64,000 nucleotides of DNA from Candidatus Aenigmatarchaeota archaeon (lineage in GTDB: Archaea > Aenigmatarchaeota > Aenigmatarchaeia > QMZP01 > QMZT01), in NCBI GenBank assembly GCA_026397315.1, contig JAPLVC010000003.1, forward strand, positions 41,258 to 105,257, written 5' to 3'. The first letter of the stretch is position 1. Each line of letters starts with the position of its first letter. The position numbers and the translations under genes are program-made. Positions 18,303-28,053 of the stretch are shown in pieces. Under the pieces are notes generated by a model. It was not told the DNA's origin. It made no database searches and was given only the letters and a program-made list of their open reading frames with translations.

Positions 18303-19248
18303 AGTTATTCCCTTCTCTATCGCATCTATTACAAATTTTATTATATGTTTTTTCACATTTAAAAGTAGATTTCCTTGTTTCTATTTTTATTTCTCTACCG
18401 TCTGGTTTTTTACCTTTAAACTGTTTCAAACATAAATATTCTTTCGGTAATGTGTATCGATATTCTATAATAAAATATTCATAAATTTTATTTAACAGTT
18501 CTGGAGATATTTTAAGTTGGTCACAAATGAACTTCAATTTATCTTCGTGGTCTTTGGCATCAAATGTAGATGATCCTTGCTGCTTCACCGATAAGTCAAT
18601 ATAAAATGGGACTATGCCTTTTTTTAAGATGTTAATAATAATGTCAAGTTCAATTTCAAAACCATTTGCACTCAATTCTAAATCTTTTACAATTGAATGA
18701 TGCATTCCCCAACAACCACACTGACCATCTGGAATTGATTTGTTGAATATAGACTCAACTATGTTTAATTCAAATCTTTCAATCTGATCTCTTGGTTCAC
18801 CCATTCCGAATTTACCTTGTCGACAAGAAAGGCAAACTTTTTCTCCACTTATAAGAGAATCTAACACTTTGAAAATATTATTGAATGATATGTCATTATC
18901 GCCATCAATACATATCACAAAATCATGCACTTTCTCTATGTTTCCATAAACTTCTTTATGCATCTCTTTTAAATAATATCTTATAATATCCCCCTTTTTG
19001 TGTGTTCCAACAAACAAATCTTCTTCGCCAGTATCTGCATTGACAATAATTGGTCTACCTCTCAAAATTGGTATATGATGTGGATTAACATCTCTTTTGG
19101 CAAACTCGTTTTTGTGTTCTCTAAACCAATTTAAGAAATTATTGCAAAGTGTCATTTCATCATCTATTTTGCCCTTAAACATAGGTGTGAGCAAAAGTAG
19201 ATTTTTTACAATAACCATAGAAAATCGCATTTTATTATTTGAATGCAA
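18265..19248 (-). CDS. Divergent GT2-like glycosyltransferase
   Basis: KGDII...ICIDGD...DGQCG...GFEIELDI pattern of DPM-synthase-like GT2 enzymes. Confidence 0.6.
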   Translation of the reverse strand: MHSNNKMRFSMVIVKNLLLLTPMFKGKIDDEMTLCNNFLNWFREHKNEFAKRDVNPHHIPILRGRPIIVNADTGEEDLFVGTHKKGDIIRYYLKEMHKEVYGNIEKVHDFVICIDGDNDISFNNIFKVLDSLISGEKVCLSCRQGKFGMGEPRDQIERFELNIVESIFNKSIPDGQCGCWGMHHSIVKDLELSANGFEIELDIIINILKKGIVPFYIDLSVKQQGSSTFDAKDHEDKLKFICDQLKISPELLNKIYEYFIIEYRYTLPKEYLCLKQFKGKKPDGREIKIETRKSTFKCEKTYNKICNRCDREGNNFKVSKSPECIQK

Positions 19249-19492
19249 ATGAAAATATTTTGTCTACATCCTTATGAAGTCCCTGAATTCCAATTCCCAT
19301 TCCAAATTCAATCATTTTTTCTTGAGAGGGATTATTTTCTCTCGTTTCTTGAGCTATTCTTGGATTATGATAAAATTTAACCGTAATATTAAACTCTTTT
19401 TCTATATCTTTTATATGTAATCCAATAAGATGTGAATTACGACAAATAGGCAAAACAGTGTCCGTCTGTAAATTTTCTAAATCTATCATCAA
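19235..19492 (-). CDS. Small protein resembling a TrkA-C/RCK-C domain
   Basis: SHLIGLHIKDI...FNITV...NPSQEKMIEFG..I.IQG..KDVDK. Confidence 0.55.
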   Translation of the reverse strand: MMIDLENLQTDTVLPICRNSHLIGLHIKDIEKEFNITVKFYHNPRIAQETRENNPSQEKMIEFGMGIGIQGLHKDVDKIFSFAFK

Positions 19493-19612
19493 ATCCCCAT
19501 TTTCATAAATGGGTTATATATTTAAATAATAAAACCCTATTTTTGACACTTATATATAAACTTTACTGTTTTTTGGAATATATACGTTTCTGTTTACTGA
19601 TAAGTAATTAAT

Positions 19613-20368
19613 TCATATAATATTCTTTCTTTTTTGGAAACACATATCGAGTTTGTTAATTTGAACTCTAAATCCAGTCCCATGATCATGTGATCTCCCA
19701 TTTGGATATTGCCCTATCCGTATGTCAACGAGAATATCTCCGCTTTTCAATAGATTAATGAAATTATCGAAACTAAACTCACTAAGCAGCCAAGCTTCAT
19801 TGAACCAGAATTCTTCATTTTTCCCGCTTCCTCTGCATTCTGCCTTAACGAATAACAACTGAGGGAACTTCTTCTCGAAACACTCCCTTAAAATTCTTCT
19901 ATTCCAATACCCCAAAACTTCTTTCTTCTCTTCAGGTTTGTCAGTTAGATATTTCATTATATCCATTGGTGCAGGACCGCCAGACACAAGTTCTACCTTA
20001 TCTTCGCTTACCTCAACTATGAATCCTTGTTTCCCTCTGAGAGTATTGAATTTTAATGTGCTTACCGTGGTATGCAGGTCTGGTTTTTCATTCCCTCTGG
20101 CTTGATACCCGAATCTTTTGAGAAGAACAGAATTGGCACCATCCGGCAAAGGCGATTTTGTGAATAGTGTCAGCATGCTTTTAGCGGTTTTCCTTGTAGA
20201 CTTCAATTCAGCACCCTTCATATCGGGAGTTGGAATGTTATTTTCTGGTATCCCAGTGAGGTCTTCAAGCGTTTTCCCTATCCCAGTTGGACCAGCTCTA
20301 TGAGTTTTAACCCATTTCCTTTCGTTTAGAAGTTTCAACTGTTCTACGACTTCCTCATATGTAAGCAT
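19613..20368 (-). CDS. MvaI/BcnI-family restriction endonuclease
   Basis: TGIGKTLEDLTGIPENN...PD...ELKS...LTLFTKSP...HDHGTGFR. Confidence 0.88.
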   Translation of the reverse strand: MLTYEEVVEQLKLLNERKWVKTHRAGPTGIGKTLEDLTGIPENNIPTPDMKGAELKSTRKTAKSMLTLFTKSPLPDGANSVLLKRFGYQARGNEKPDLHTTVSTLKFNTLRGKQGFIVEVSEDKVELVSGGPAPMDIMKYLTDKPEEKKEVLGYWNRRILRECFEKKFPQLLFVKAECRGSGKNEEFWFNEAWLLSEFSFDNFINLLKSGDILVDIRIGQYPNGRSHDHGTGFRVQINKLDMCFQKRKNII

Positions 20369-20396
20369 ATTTATAATTGGTCGAGACATTAAAAAT

Positions 20397-20696
20397 ATGG
20401 CAAAACAGGTAAAGATTATCAAATGTCCATTTTGTAACGATGGTGACGTTGAGATTACGATGTTTACATCGGTTTTAAACAAAAGAACTGGACCATATGG
20501 CGGCAATAAGCCCAAATTTGAACGTTCAGCCGAGCAGATGTATGTCAATACCATAAAGTGTCCAAAATGCGGGAGATCTGGCAAAGACATACAAAGAGTA
20601 ATGAAAACCGGAAAAACAAAGCAATTATCTCACGAAGAACGCATAGAAATGCTAAAAAAACGAGGCTTACCGCTTGTTCTCGATTCAAAAAACTGA
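20397..20696 (+). CDS. Zn-ribbon protein
   Basis: CPFC...CPKCG. Confidence 0.75.
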   Translation: MAKQVKIIKCPFCNDGDVEITMFTSVLNKRTGPYGGNKPKFERSAEQMYVNTIKCPKCGRSGKDIQRVMKTGKTKQLSHEERIEMLKKRGLPLVLDSKN

Positions 20697-20708
20697 ATTT
20701 ATTTTTAC

Positions 20709-20924
20709 TTACGCTTTCATAATTTTCTTCGCTTTGAGTTTGCCGTCTTTCGGTAAAATGACAATGATATTCTTCCCGATATGCCTTTTGTGGACGGACA
20801 CGTAGCCCGTATTGCCGAGACGTTTTACTTTCTTGACAAACACTTTCTCTACATCATCGACATGAACAGATATCGGAAGTTCGGCTTCGTCTTTCATTGT
20901 CGCTTCAACCCTAACAAATCCCAA
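20709..20924 (-). CDS. DUF2080-like transposon-associated (AbrB-fold) protein
   Basis: KKVKRLGNTGYVSVHKRHIGKNIIVIL. Confidence 0.75.
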   Translation of the reverse strand: MGFVRVEATMKDEAELPISVHVDDVEKVFVKKVKRLGNTGYVSVHKRHIGKNIIVILPKDGKLKAKKIMKA

Positions 20925-21373
20925 CGGTTTAAATATTTTCCTTCTTTATCTCTGAACATTCTTATCGAAGTTTTATTATGTTTTTTACCGGTCTTCCCTG
21001 GTTTGTTCTTCCATTCAGCATGTTCAGTTTTTGTATATTTTGAGACATTCTTACACGGAACTACGAAGAATTCTGGCAATCTTCCTCTTTTCGCTTCATC
21101 TAAATTCACAAAGACATAGAAAAGGTTATCGGATTTAACTACTTCATCATTTTCAGAAAGTATCCACGCTCTCGGTGAATTCTTACCCAATGTTGCTTTA
21201 ACCTGTATGGCTATTGGCTTTTTACCACCACTGTCTGAAACGAGGATGTCTATCCCCTTGGTGTTTCTTGAAGTAATCGTAGCGATATATCCCCGTCTCG
21301 TCAACTCACCGGCAACAAAATGGGTTCCAGAAATTCCGATTAGAGCTTTCGGAATCGATTTTGCATTATTCAT
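20894..21373 (-). CDS. PD-(D/E)xK endonuclease
   Basis: FVAGELTRRGY...GIDILV...IQVKAT. Confidence 0.8.
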   Translation of the reverse strand: MNNAKSIPKALIGISGTHFVAGELTRRGYIATITSRNTKGIDILVSDSGGKKPIAIQVKATLGKNSPRAWILSENDEVVKSDNLFYVFVNLDEAKRGRLPEFFVVPCKNVSKYTKTEHAEWKNKPGKTGKKHNKTSIRMFRDKEGKYLNRWDLLGLKRQ

Positions 21374-21558
21374 TATCCACCTCTTTTCCTTAAAACAACC
21401 TTTCCGTTTTCCATTATAAACACCAGTTCGTCGCCCTTCTTCCAATCAAGCGTTTTAATGATTGAAGTCGGTATGGTGACAAAATGCTTGACATATTCCT
21501 TGCTTCTTTTTTTATCTGCCAAAAGGTTGGTGCTTTTGAATGCTTGAATTCGCGGCAT
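21373..21558 (-). CDS. AbrB/MazE/SpoVT-family DNA-binding protein
   Basis: FVTIPTSIIKTLDWKKGDELVF. Confidence 0.85.
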   Translation of the reverse strand: MPRIQAFKSTNLLADKKRSKEYVKHFVTIPTSIIKTLDWKKGDELVFIMENGKVVLRKRGG

Positions 21559-21673
21559 ATTTGAAATTCAGAAGCTGGGTATAAATTGTTATGTTTAAAC
21601 ATTTTTTGGTGATATTTTTGCCATATATCGGTTTACAAAATTATTGGTAACTTTTGTCATTTCCAACTACTGT

Positions 21674-21743
21674 CAGGCTTTGCACATTAAGTCCTTGATT
21701 TAAGCGACTATTTGTGCAGGAGCTACTATTTGTGCAAAGCCTA
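21674..21743. mobile_element. 70-bp MITE or deleted IS remnant
   Basis: CAGGCTTTGCACA ... TGTGCAAAGCCTA terminal inverted repeats, followed by CGCAT. Confidence 0.65.
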
Positions 21744-21762
21744 CGCATCACGCACGCATCAG

Positions 21763-22353
21763 TCAGCCAGCATTCAGAACGTGTAACGTTATCGGCACGT
21801 TGGAGCCGAAATTAGTCGTGTTTTCCAGGCAGTCGCCGAACTTCATGTCCCTGCACGCGACCGCGTTATACATGTATGTCCCGGCAGGCGTGCCGTCGGG
21901 GATGCGTATTTTTATCGAATAAAGGTCCACGTATCCGTAGCTCACGAGCGTCGAGTTATCCGGTTGTTCCATCATCACCCGCATGCGAGTGAGGAGCGGC
22001 TCGCACGTCGTGAAATGCAGGCACTGGTAAGCCGCCATCACGTCGAAATCCGCGGCTGAAGGGAATACCTTGGCGACGAACATGTGCGCCTCTTCATCGT
22101 CCGCGAAGTTGTTGAAGACGACGTCAAATCCCACCGTGTCATTCGCCTTCAGCCAGAACACGCCGTCGCCGTTTATCTTGAATGTGAAGTCATTCGACAC
22201 GGATATCTGCGAGCCGTTGGTGGAATTATCCAGCGTTTTGTTGTAGTATTCGTATTCCGTGGTCTCGTTTACGTCCTTGACGCCTCTGCCGACACATCCG
22301 CTTGCCGCGACGAGCGCGACCAGCGCGAAAGCGATAACAAACGAAACTCTCAT
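21763..22353 (-). CDS. Secreted or lipoprotein-like hypothetical protein
   Basis: Hydrophobic N-terminus with ASGC lipobox-like motif; NxS/T sites. Confidence 0.75.
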   Translation of the reverse strand: MRVSFVIAFALVALVAASGCVGRGVKDVNETTEYEYYNKTLDNSTNGSQISVSNDFTFKINGDGVFWLKANDTVGFDVVFNNFADDEEAHMFVAKVFPSAADFDVMAAYQCLHFTTCEPLLTRMRVMMEQPDNSTLVSYGYVDLYSIKIRIPDGTPAGTYMYNAVACRDMKFGDCLENTTNFGSNVPITLHVLNAG

Positions 22354-22411
22354 AATAACCAATTCCCCGAGCCCTAATAAATGATTAAAAGCTTGCAACG
22401 AAGATTTTAGC

Positions 22412-22843
22412 ATGAAGGCGCTCAAAACCTTCTACAGGGCAGTCCTGCCGTTTGATTATTCCGCGTTTAAGCCGGAGGAGCTTAACGAACATATGATAAA
22501 CGTAATGGCAGGCGATCTTCACAAGAACCACGGCTATGACGTTTCCGTCAAAGGGAACATGATGAAGATAACGGTTCCAGACGGGGAAGATGGGATTTCA
22601 AAGATGCCGGGTTATATGCTGGAAGGCCTGAAGAAAGCCGGCCTGTGCATGGAGGAAGTTTTTGTTCTGGATGATCTGACAAAAGTGGAGCTTTTCGGCA
22701 TCGAGATGAGGGCCAACCGCCGAGGAAAAACCATATTTCCCATAGCCATGCACGAAGGAGGCGGCGTAGAGATAGTGTTAAGAGACTCGCCTTACAAGCC
22801 GGCCGTTTCTAGGAAAAAAGCAGCGCAGCGAAACCAGCGATAG
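22412..22843 (+). CDS. Hypothetical protein
   Basis: 143-aa ORF. Confidence 0.65.
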   Translation: MKALKTFYRAVLPFDYSAFKPEELNEHMINVMAGDLHKNHGYDVSVKGNMMKITVPDGEDGISKMPGYMLEGLKKAGLCMEEVFVLDDLTKVELFGIEMRANRRGKTIFPIAMHEGGGVEIVLRDSPYKPAVSRKKAAQRNQR

Positions 22844-23405
22844 CCAGAGCTAACGCGGCAAGCCATATCTTCTTGCTCCAGTCCATCACTTTCCTGCCGT
22901 CCAGCGGCCCGAACGGGATGAGGTTGAATATCGCCAGCCATCCGTTTACCGTGCCGATGAACGAGAACAGCTGGAAGCCTGTCCAGAAGTAAAGCGACAG
23001 GGAAAAATACATGACGCAGATGTTGAACACTATGCCTGCTATGCCTATTATGCCTATGTCCTCTATGGTCGGGTTCCTGAACATCCAGTAGCCCGCGAAG
23101 ATGACCGCGCCCGGCGCGGCGAATATCATGTTCCCGTTCGACACGAACGCCATGACCAGCGCTAGCAATAAACCCTGAGGCCACATCTTGTATGCCGAAT
23201 AGAAGCCGCGTTTCCTGGCGATGTATCGATGCGCCATCTCGTGTCCGAAGAAGGCGATGCCTACTCCGAGAAGCGACGTGACTATGAATACAGGGCTCGT
23301 CAGGATTTCCGGATAGGCGAAAACGAAGGTCAGCACTGCCAGTGAAATCAGTATCTCCTTTATCTCCTGCCTCGTGAAATCGAATGGACTCAGCATGCTG
23401 TTCAT
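22809..23405 (-). CDS. Site-2 protease (M50) family zinc metalloprotease
   Basis: HEMAH, FAAPGAV, FNLIPFGPLDG. Confidence 0.92.
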   Translation of the reverse strand: MNSMLSPFDFTRQEIKEILISLAVLTFVFAYPEILTSPVFIVTSLLGVGIAFFGHEMAHRYIARKRGFYSAYKMWPQGLLLALVMAFVSNGNMIFAAPGAVIFAGYWMFRNPTIEDIGIIGIAGIVFNICVMYFSLSLYFWTGFQLFSFIGTVNGWLAIFNLIPFGPLDGRKVMDWSKKIWLAALALAIAGFAALLFS

Positions 23406-23576
23406 ATGCTCACCTTGAAACCGGCATTTAACCTATTGGAGTTTTTCTGTATTTAACTTTTTTCCTGTAAGTGGCCTTGTATTTCTTCCGCTTCTTGCTC
23501 TCGAAAAATTCAATCTTTCCCTCTTCCATATTCTCTAATTATCTCGTTTTTTAAATAAAGGCCCAATAAGATAATT

Positions 23577-24407
23577 ATGGCGCTCGAAGGGGACGTTTTC
23601 TTTTACGCACTGGCAGGGCTTGTAGCAGGACTAGTGCTTTTCATCCTTGGCCTGAAGTGGTTCAGGCAGAAGCAGCTCATGGACAACACGCCGACTTCGA
23701 AGGTTCGCTCGTTAGCGATGGGGCTCGTCGAAATATACGGCGAGGTCGTGGCTGCCAAAGGACGGCTGCTCAAAAGCCCGTTCACTGACAACGACTGCGT
23801 ATATTACAGATACACTATAGAGGAGCAGAGAAAAGGCAAGGGCGGCGGGATGTCGGGCATACCCGGCAGCGTAGTCATGGGCGAGAATCCAGGGAGCTTC
23901 GCCACCGGTGGCTCGTGGGCGGTCGTGCGCAAGGGCGAGGAGAGGACGCAGTTCTTTCTGAAGGACGAGACGGCTCTCGTTCTGGTCGACCCGGACGGCG
24001 CGAAGGTGGACATACCCAAGGACGCGGAATATAGTTCGGGCTTTGGCAGGGACCCGCCGGTTCAGGTCACCAATTTCCTCAAAAGCCAAGGCGTCAGCCA
24101 CGAAAGCTTCTTCGGCCTCAACAAGACTATGAGATATCGCGAGTTCTTCATCGCCCCGAAAGACAAGCTCTACATAATGGGCACGGCTGGCGACAACCCG
24201 TTCGTGGACGAGCTTACCGCGAAGAACAGCGTCGACGACGTGATGATACAGAAAGGCAAGAACGACAGGTTCTATTACATATCGGACAAGCAGGAGAAGG
24301 ACATCGTATCCGGCCTGCGGTGGAAGTCGCTGGGAGGCATATGCGGCGGCATAGCGCTTGTCGCCATCGGGCTTTTTGTCATTTTCTTCCAGACCGGAAT
24401 GCTGTAA
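23577..24407 (+). CDS. GIDE-domain membrane protein
   Basis: DNTPTSKVRSLAMGLVEIYG...SPF...CVYY...FFLKDET..VLVDP; TM at both ends; upstream of lemA. Confidence 0.8.
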   Translation: MALEGDVFFYALAGLVAGLVLFILGLKWFRQKQLMDNTPTSKVRSLAMGLVEIYGEVVAAKGRLLKSPFTDNDCVYYRYTIEEQRKGKGGGMSGIPGSVVMGENPGSFATGGSWAVVRKGEERTQFFLKDETALVLVDPDGAKVDIPKDAEYSSGFGRDPPVQVTNFLKSQGVSHESFFGLNKTMRYREFFIAPKDKLYIMGTAGDNPFVDELTAKNSVDDVMIQKGKNDRFYYISDKQEKDIVSGLRWKSLGGICGGIALVAIGLFVIFFQTGML

Positions 24408-24413
24408 TCGCGC

Positions 24414-24824
24414 TTAAACATCATGAGCTAATTCACGTTCAATGGCGTCATGCATCGTTTTCAGGTCTTTTACGTGGCTCAATATTCTTTTTTTCATCCA
24501 TTCCTTATCCAAAGTTTCCTTGTCATATTCGTCATCTATAACTCCCAGTTCTTTAGCGTTATTGTAAGTTTTTTCGCCAACTCTTTCCTTGAATCTTACG
24601 CCATCCTGGTTGGCTTTTACAAGATCGAAATAGCCTTTTAACCCTTCGAGTTTATATCTCATGAGCCTTATGTCCCCTTCTAAATGCACACTCTTTTTTC
24701 CATTCGTTAGAAGTTGCGGAAGCTCAAGATATTTTTTTTCAATTGGGTCGAAATACGCTCTTTTGAGAAGATCTATGCACACGTATTTTTTGCAATCTGG
24801 CGATATTCCAAAGTACATAAGCAT
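24414..24824 (-). CDS. Hypothetical protein (AT-rich orphan)
   Basis: 136-aa ORF between the GIDE gene and lemA. Confidence 0.6.
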   Translation of the reverse strand: MLMYFGISPDCKKYVCIDLLKRAYFDPIEKKYLELPQLLTNGKKSVHLEGDIRLMRYKLEGLKGYFDLVKANQDGVRFKERVGEKTYNNAKELGVIDDEYDKETLDKEWMKKRILSHVKDLKTMHDAIERELAHDV

Positions 24825-24888
24825 TTAAAAATGGAAAAAGTTTAATATACACATATTACATATAGACAGAATAGGATGGTGATGCCGT

Positions 24889-25458
24889 ATGGCGTTCGGT
24901 CTTGAGTTGATAATCTTGATTGTGCTTGGCCTTGTAGCTTTAGTCATTGTTTTCTACGTGATTTCCGTTTTCAACGGGCTGGTGCGCCTGAAGAACAACA
25001 TCAAGAAGTCGCTCTCTAACATAGAAGTCTTATTGAAGCAGAGGGTCGACGAGCTGCCGAAGCTTATCGAATCTGTCAAAGGATACATGAAGCACGAGCG
25101 CGGCACGCTGACTGAGCTCACGAAAGCGCGAACTGAGTTCATGAACGCGAAGACGCTGCCTGAGAAAGCGAAAGCCGACGGCATCATATCCGGCGCGCTC
25201 AAGACGATATTCGCGGTCGCGGAGAACTACCCGAACCTCAAGGCGAACGAGAACTTCATTCAGCTCCAGACGAGGATAAGCGGCATCGAGAACGAGCTGG
25301 CTGACCGCCGCGAATTCTACAACGATTCCGTCAATACATACAACATCCGCATACAGTCAATCCCTGATAGATTCGTCGCGGGCATGCTGGGCTACACGCC
25401 TGAAGAATTATTCAAGGCGACGGAAGCCGAGAAGCGCGACGTGGAAGTGAAGTTCTGA
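24889..25458 (+). CDS. lemA: LemA family protein
   Basis: N-terminal TM; GYMKHE, AVAENYPNLKANENF, RREFYNDSV. Confidence 0.95.
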   Translation: MAFGLELIILIVLGLVALVIVFYVISVFNGLVRLKNNIKKSLSNIEVLLKQRVDELPKLIESVKGYMKHERGTLTELTKARTEFMNAKTLPEKAKADGIISGALKTIFAVAENYPNLKANENFIQLQTRISGIENELADRREFYNDSVNTYNIRIQSIPDRFVAGMLGYTPEELFKATEAEKRDVEVKF

Positions 25459-25525
25459 ACCGGGCTTTCGGTCAAAGCCGAACAAAAACGCAAGACTATT
25501 TAATGAGGCCTGCCAAGATTAGTGC

Positions 25526-27766
25526 ATGAAAGGCAAAATGGTTCTTGGCTCAAAAAAAGGTTTCGCAGGAATAGCTGTTTTTTTTGTTCTGGCTCTTCTG
25601 GTCAGCGGGACGGTCGCGTATTACGCTTACACTTCCAACCCGCAGCCGGTCGAACGGCTGGAAAAGTTCGGCTCGTGCAACGCTATAACCGACAAGCTGA
25701 AGGACATCCAGACCAGGACTCAGAATTATTACGCGCTGCAGGGCGGCCTTATGAGAACCTTCGGCGCAGTTGGCGCTCCAATGGCCATGGCCGAGAATGC
25801 GGCTAAGGATTCCAGCGCGAACGGTGCCGGAACTGGCGGTGGCGGAGTCGCTTACTCAGAGACTAACGTCCAGGTCGAGGGCGTAGATGAAGCGGACATA
25901 GTCAAGACTGACGGTCAGTATATTTACACCATAACGACTTCTTACGGATATTACGGCAACCAAAACAGCACTCTTGTCATAGCAAAAGCATACCCAGCCG
26001 ATGAAGCTGCGATACTAAGCGAGCTTGACCTTGGCGAATTCTATCCTCAGGAAATGTTCATACAGAGCAATCACGTTCTCATATTCGGCAGCACGAACAA
26101 GCAGATTCCCCTCACCGAGGAAGAAATGGCTGCATCAGGCGGCTCGGGCAGTTCAGGCTCATCTGGCTCCGCAGCACCAGACTCTCCCACAGCGGAAAAA
26201 ATGATAGCGCCACCTTATTATCAGCCCTATCGCTACATCCAGCTCGCAACCGTGAGAATCTACGACGTCGCGGACAAGGCCAATCCATCATTAGTCCGCT
26301 CTGTCGATTTCGAGGGCAATTACCTTTCATCGAGGAAGATTGGCTCATACGTTTATTTCATCGTTAACTCCTACCCGAACTACGCCATAATGCCGGTGCT
26401 TTACAGGGGCGCTGCCGCCACCGATGAAGGGCAGGCTTCAACCAGCGTAAGCGCAGAAGACATAGTGCCGGAATTCAGGGACAGGAAAGCAGGCGACGTT
26501 TCCAAGGAAACTGAACTGGTAAATACTGTTGGCTGCGACGAGGTGGCGTATTTCGAGCCGGTCAACCCCGAGAACTTCATAACCATAGCTTCAATTTCAA
26601 TGGACGACACGCAAGCGGAAGTTGAGAAACAAGTCATAATGGGTTCCGGCCAGAGCGTTTATGCATCGCTTTCGAACATCTACATAGCGGAGACCAACTA
26701 CCCGATGTGGATGGCTTACGACGAGACGAACCCGATCCAGCCGACTGAGACGACGCTTATCCACAAGTTCGCGCTTAGCAACGGCCAGATAACGCACATC
26801 GGCCACATGGAGGCGCCGGGTCACATACTCAACCAGTTCTCCATGGACGAGTACGATAGTCACTTCCGCATAGCCACGACCATAAGCGAAACCTGGTCGC
26901 GCATGGGACAGGAGGCGGCCAAGAGCAAGAACAACGTCTACATATTCGGCGACGACCTCAAGATGACAGGCAAGATCGAGGACATCGCTCCGGGCGAGAG
27001 CATTTACTCCGCGAGGTTCATGGGAGCGCGCGGCTACCTAGTCACGTTCAAGAGAGTCGACCCGCTTTTCGTGCTCGACCTTTCGGACCCTTCGAATCCT
27101 CAGATACTGGGCAAGCTGAAAATCCCAGGCTATTCAGACTATCTCCACCCGTATGACGAAAACCACATAATCGGCATAGGCAAGGAAGTCGACGAGAGCA
27201 TAGACGCGGACAAGGTCCACGAGTCAGATGCGGTCTACTACACGGCGATACAGGGAGTCAAGATAGCGATATTCGACGTGACTGACGTCGCGAACCCTGT
27301 AGAGATGCACAAGGTCGTGATAGGAGACCGCGGGACCGATTCGTACGCCCTCAGCGACCACAAGGCTTTCTTGTTCGACAAGGAGAAGAACCTGCTGGTC
27401 GTTCCCATACTGCTGGCACAAATATCTGAGAAGCAGAAAGAGGAAGGCCTGCAACAGGGATGGCTGCCAGACGGCGAATACACGTACCAGGGCGCGTACG
27501 TTTACGACCTTACGCTGGAGAACGGGTTCCAGCTTAAAGGACGCGTTACGCATTACGACGACAACCAGACGTTCCAGAAGGCCGGATACTATTACTTCGG
27601 CGACGACTATTCGGTGAAGCGTTCGCTCTACATAGACAACATCCTATACACCATATCCGGCATGAAGATAAAGCTCAATTCGCTGGACGACGTGTCAGAG
27701 ATAAAGCAGCTGGTCTTTACGAAGAATGTTTCGCAGTCGCCAGGACCTATTGAATACTTGAAATAA
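25526..27766 (+). CDS. Secreted beta-propeller domain protein (PF09826-like)
   Basis: YSETNVQVEGVDEADIVKTDG, LNQFSMDE, GESIYSARF, LKIPGYSDYLHP. Confidence 0.92.
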   Translation: MKGKMVLGSKKGFAGIAVFFVLALLVSGTVAYYAYTSNPQPVERLEKFGSCNAITDKLKDIQTRTQNYYALQGGLMRTFGAVGAPMAMAENAAKDSSANGAGTGGGGVAYSETNVQVEGVDEADIVKTDGQYIYTITTSYGYYGNQNSTLVIAKAYPADEAAILSELDLGEFYPQEMFIQSNHVLIFGSTNKQIPLTEEEMAASGGSGSSGSSGSAAPDSPTAEKMIAPPYYQPYRYIQLATVRIYDVADKANPSLVRSVDFEGNYLSSRKIGSYVYFIVNSYPNYAIMPVLYRGAAATDEGQASTSVSAEDIVPEFRDRKAGDVSKETELVNTVGCDEVAYFEPVNPENFITIASISMDDTQAEVEKQVIMGSGQSVYASLSNIYIAETNYPMWMAYDETNPIQPTETTLIHKFALSNGQITHIGHMEAPGHILNQFSMDEYDSHFRIATTISETWSRMGQEAAKSKNNVYIFGDDLKMTGKIEDIAPGESIYSARFMGARGYLVTFKRVDPLFVLDLSDPSNPQILGKLKIPGYSDYLHPYDENHIIGIGKEVDESIDADKVHESDAVYYTAIQGVKIAIFDVTDVANPVEMHKVVIGDRGTDSYALSDHKAFLFDKEKNLLVVPILLAQISEKQKEEGLQQGWLPDGEYTYQGAYVYDLTLENGFQLKGRVTHYDDNQTFQKAGYYYFGDDYSVKRSLYIDNILYTISGMKIKLNSLDDVSEIKQLVFTKNVSQSPGPIEYLK

Positions 27767-27796
27767 GCCGGTTTTTTTGCGGCTTTTTCTTTCCCT

Positions 27797-27991
27797 TTAT
27801 TTTTTCCACTTCTTGCCGAACCTGCCCACGTTCATCGCGACCAGCCAAACGGCAATCATCATTATGGCGAAGAACGCAGGCGCGTACGCGCGGAACGCTT
27901 CAAGCGTCGAGCCGAACCACAACACCATTATGACGGACACCAGAACCAGTATTATCATGATGTTCAGGTCGCGCTCTTTCTCGTAGTCCAT
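27797..27991 (-). CDS. Small 2-TM membrane protein
   Basis: Hydrophobic ORF. Confidence 0.65.
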   Translation of the reverse strand: MDYEKERDLNIMIILVLVSVIMVLWFGSTLEAFRAYAPAFFAIMMIAVWLVAMNVGRFGKKWKK

Positions 27992-28053
27992 GCATATTAT
28001 TTGTGAGCGGCGGAATAAATCCATATTAAATACGCTGACAATATTAACACATC

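Larger units (their letters stand above)
14800..21672. mobile_element. Cargo-carrying ISH3-like transposon (about 6.9 kb)
   Basis: Left end CAGTAGT[AGA]TAGAAATAACTAACGT versus right-end reverse complement CAGTAGTTGGAAATGACAAAAGT; CGCAT at 14795-14799 recurs at 21744-21748; AT-rich interior; DDE transposase. Confidence 0.75.

Noticed and set aside
23428-23529. Very short Lys-rich ORF upstream of the M50 protease
   Set aside because: About 33 aa with no recognisable motif; insufficient support.
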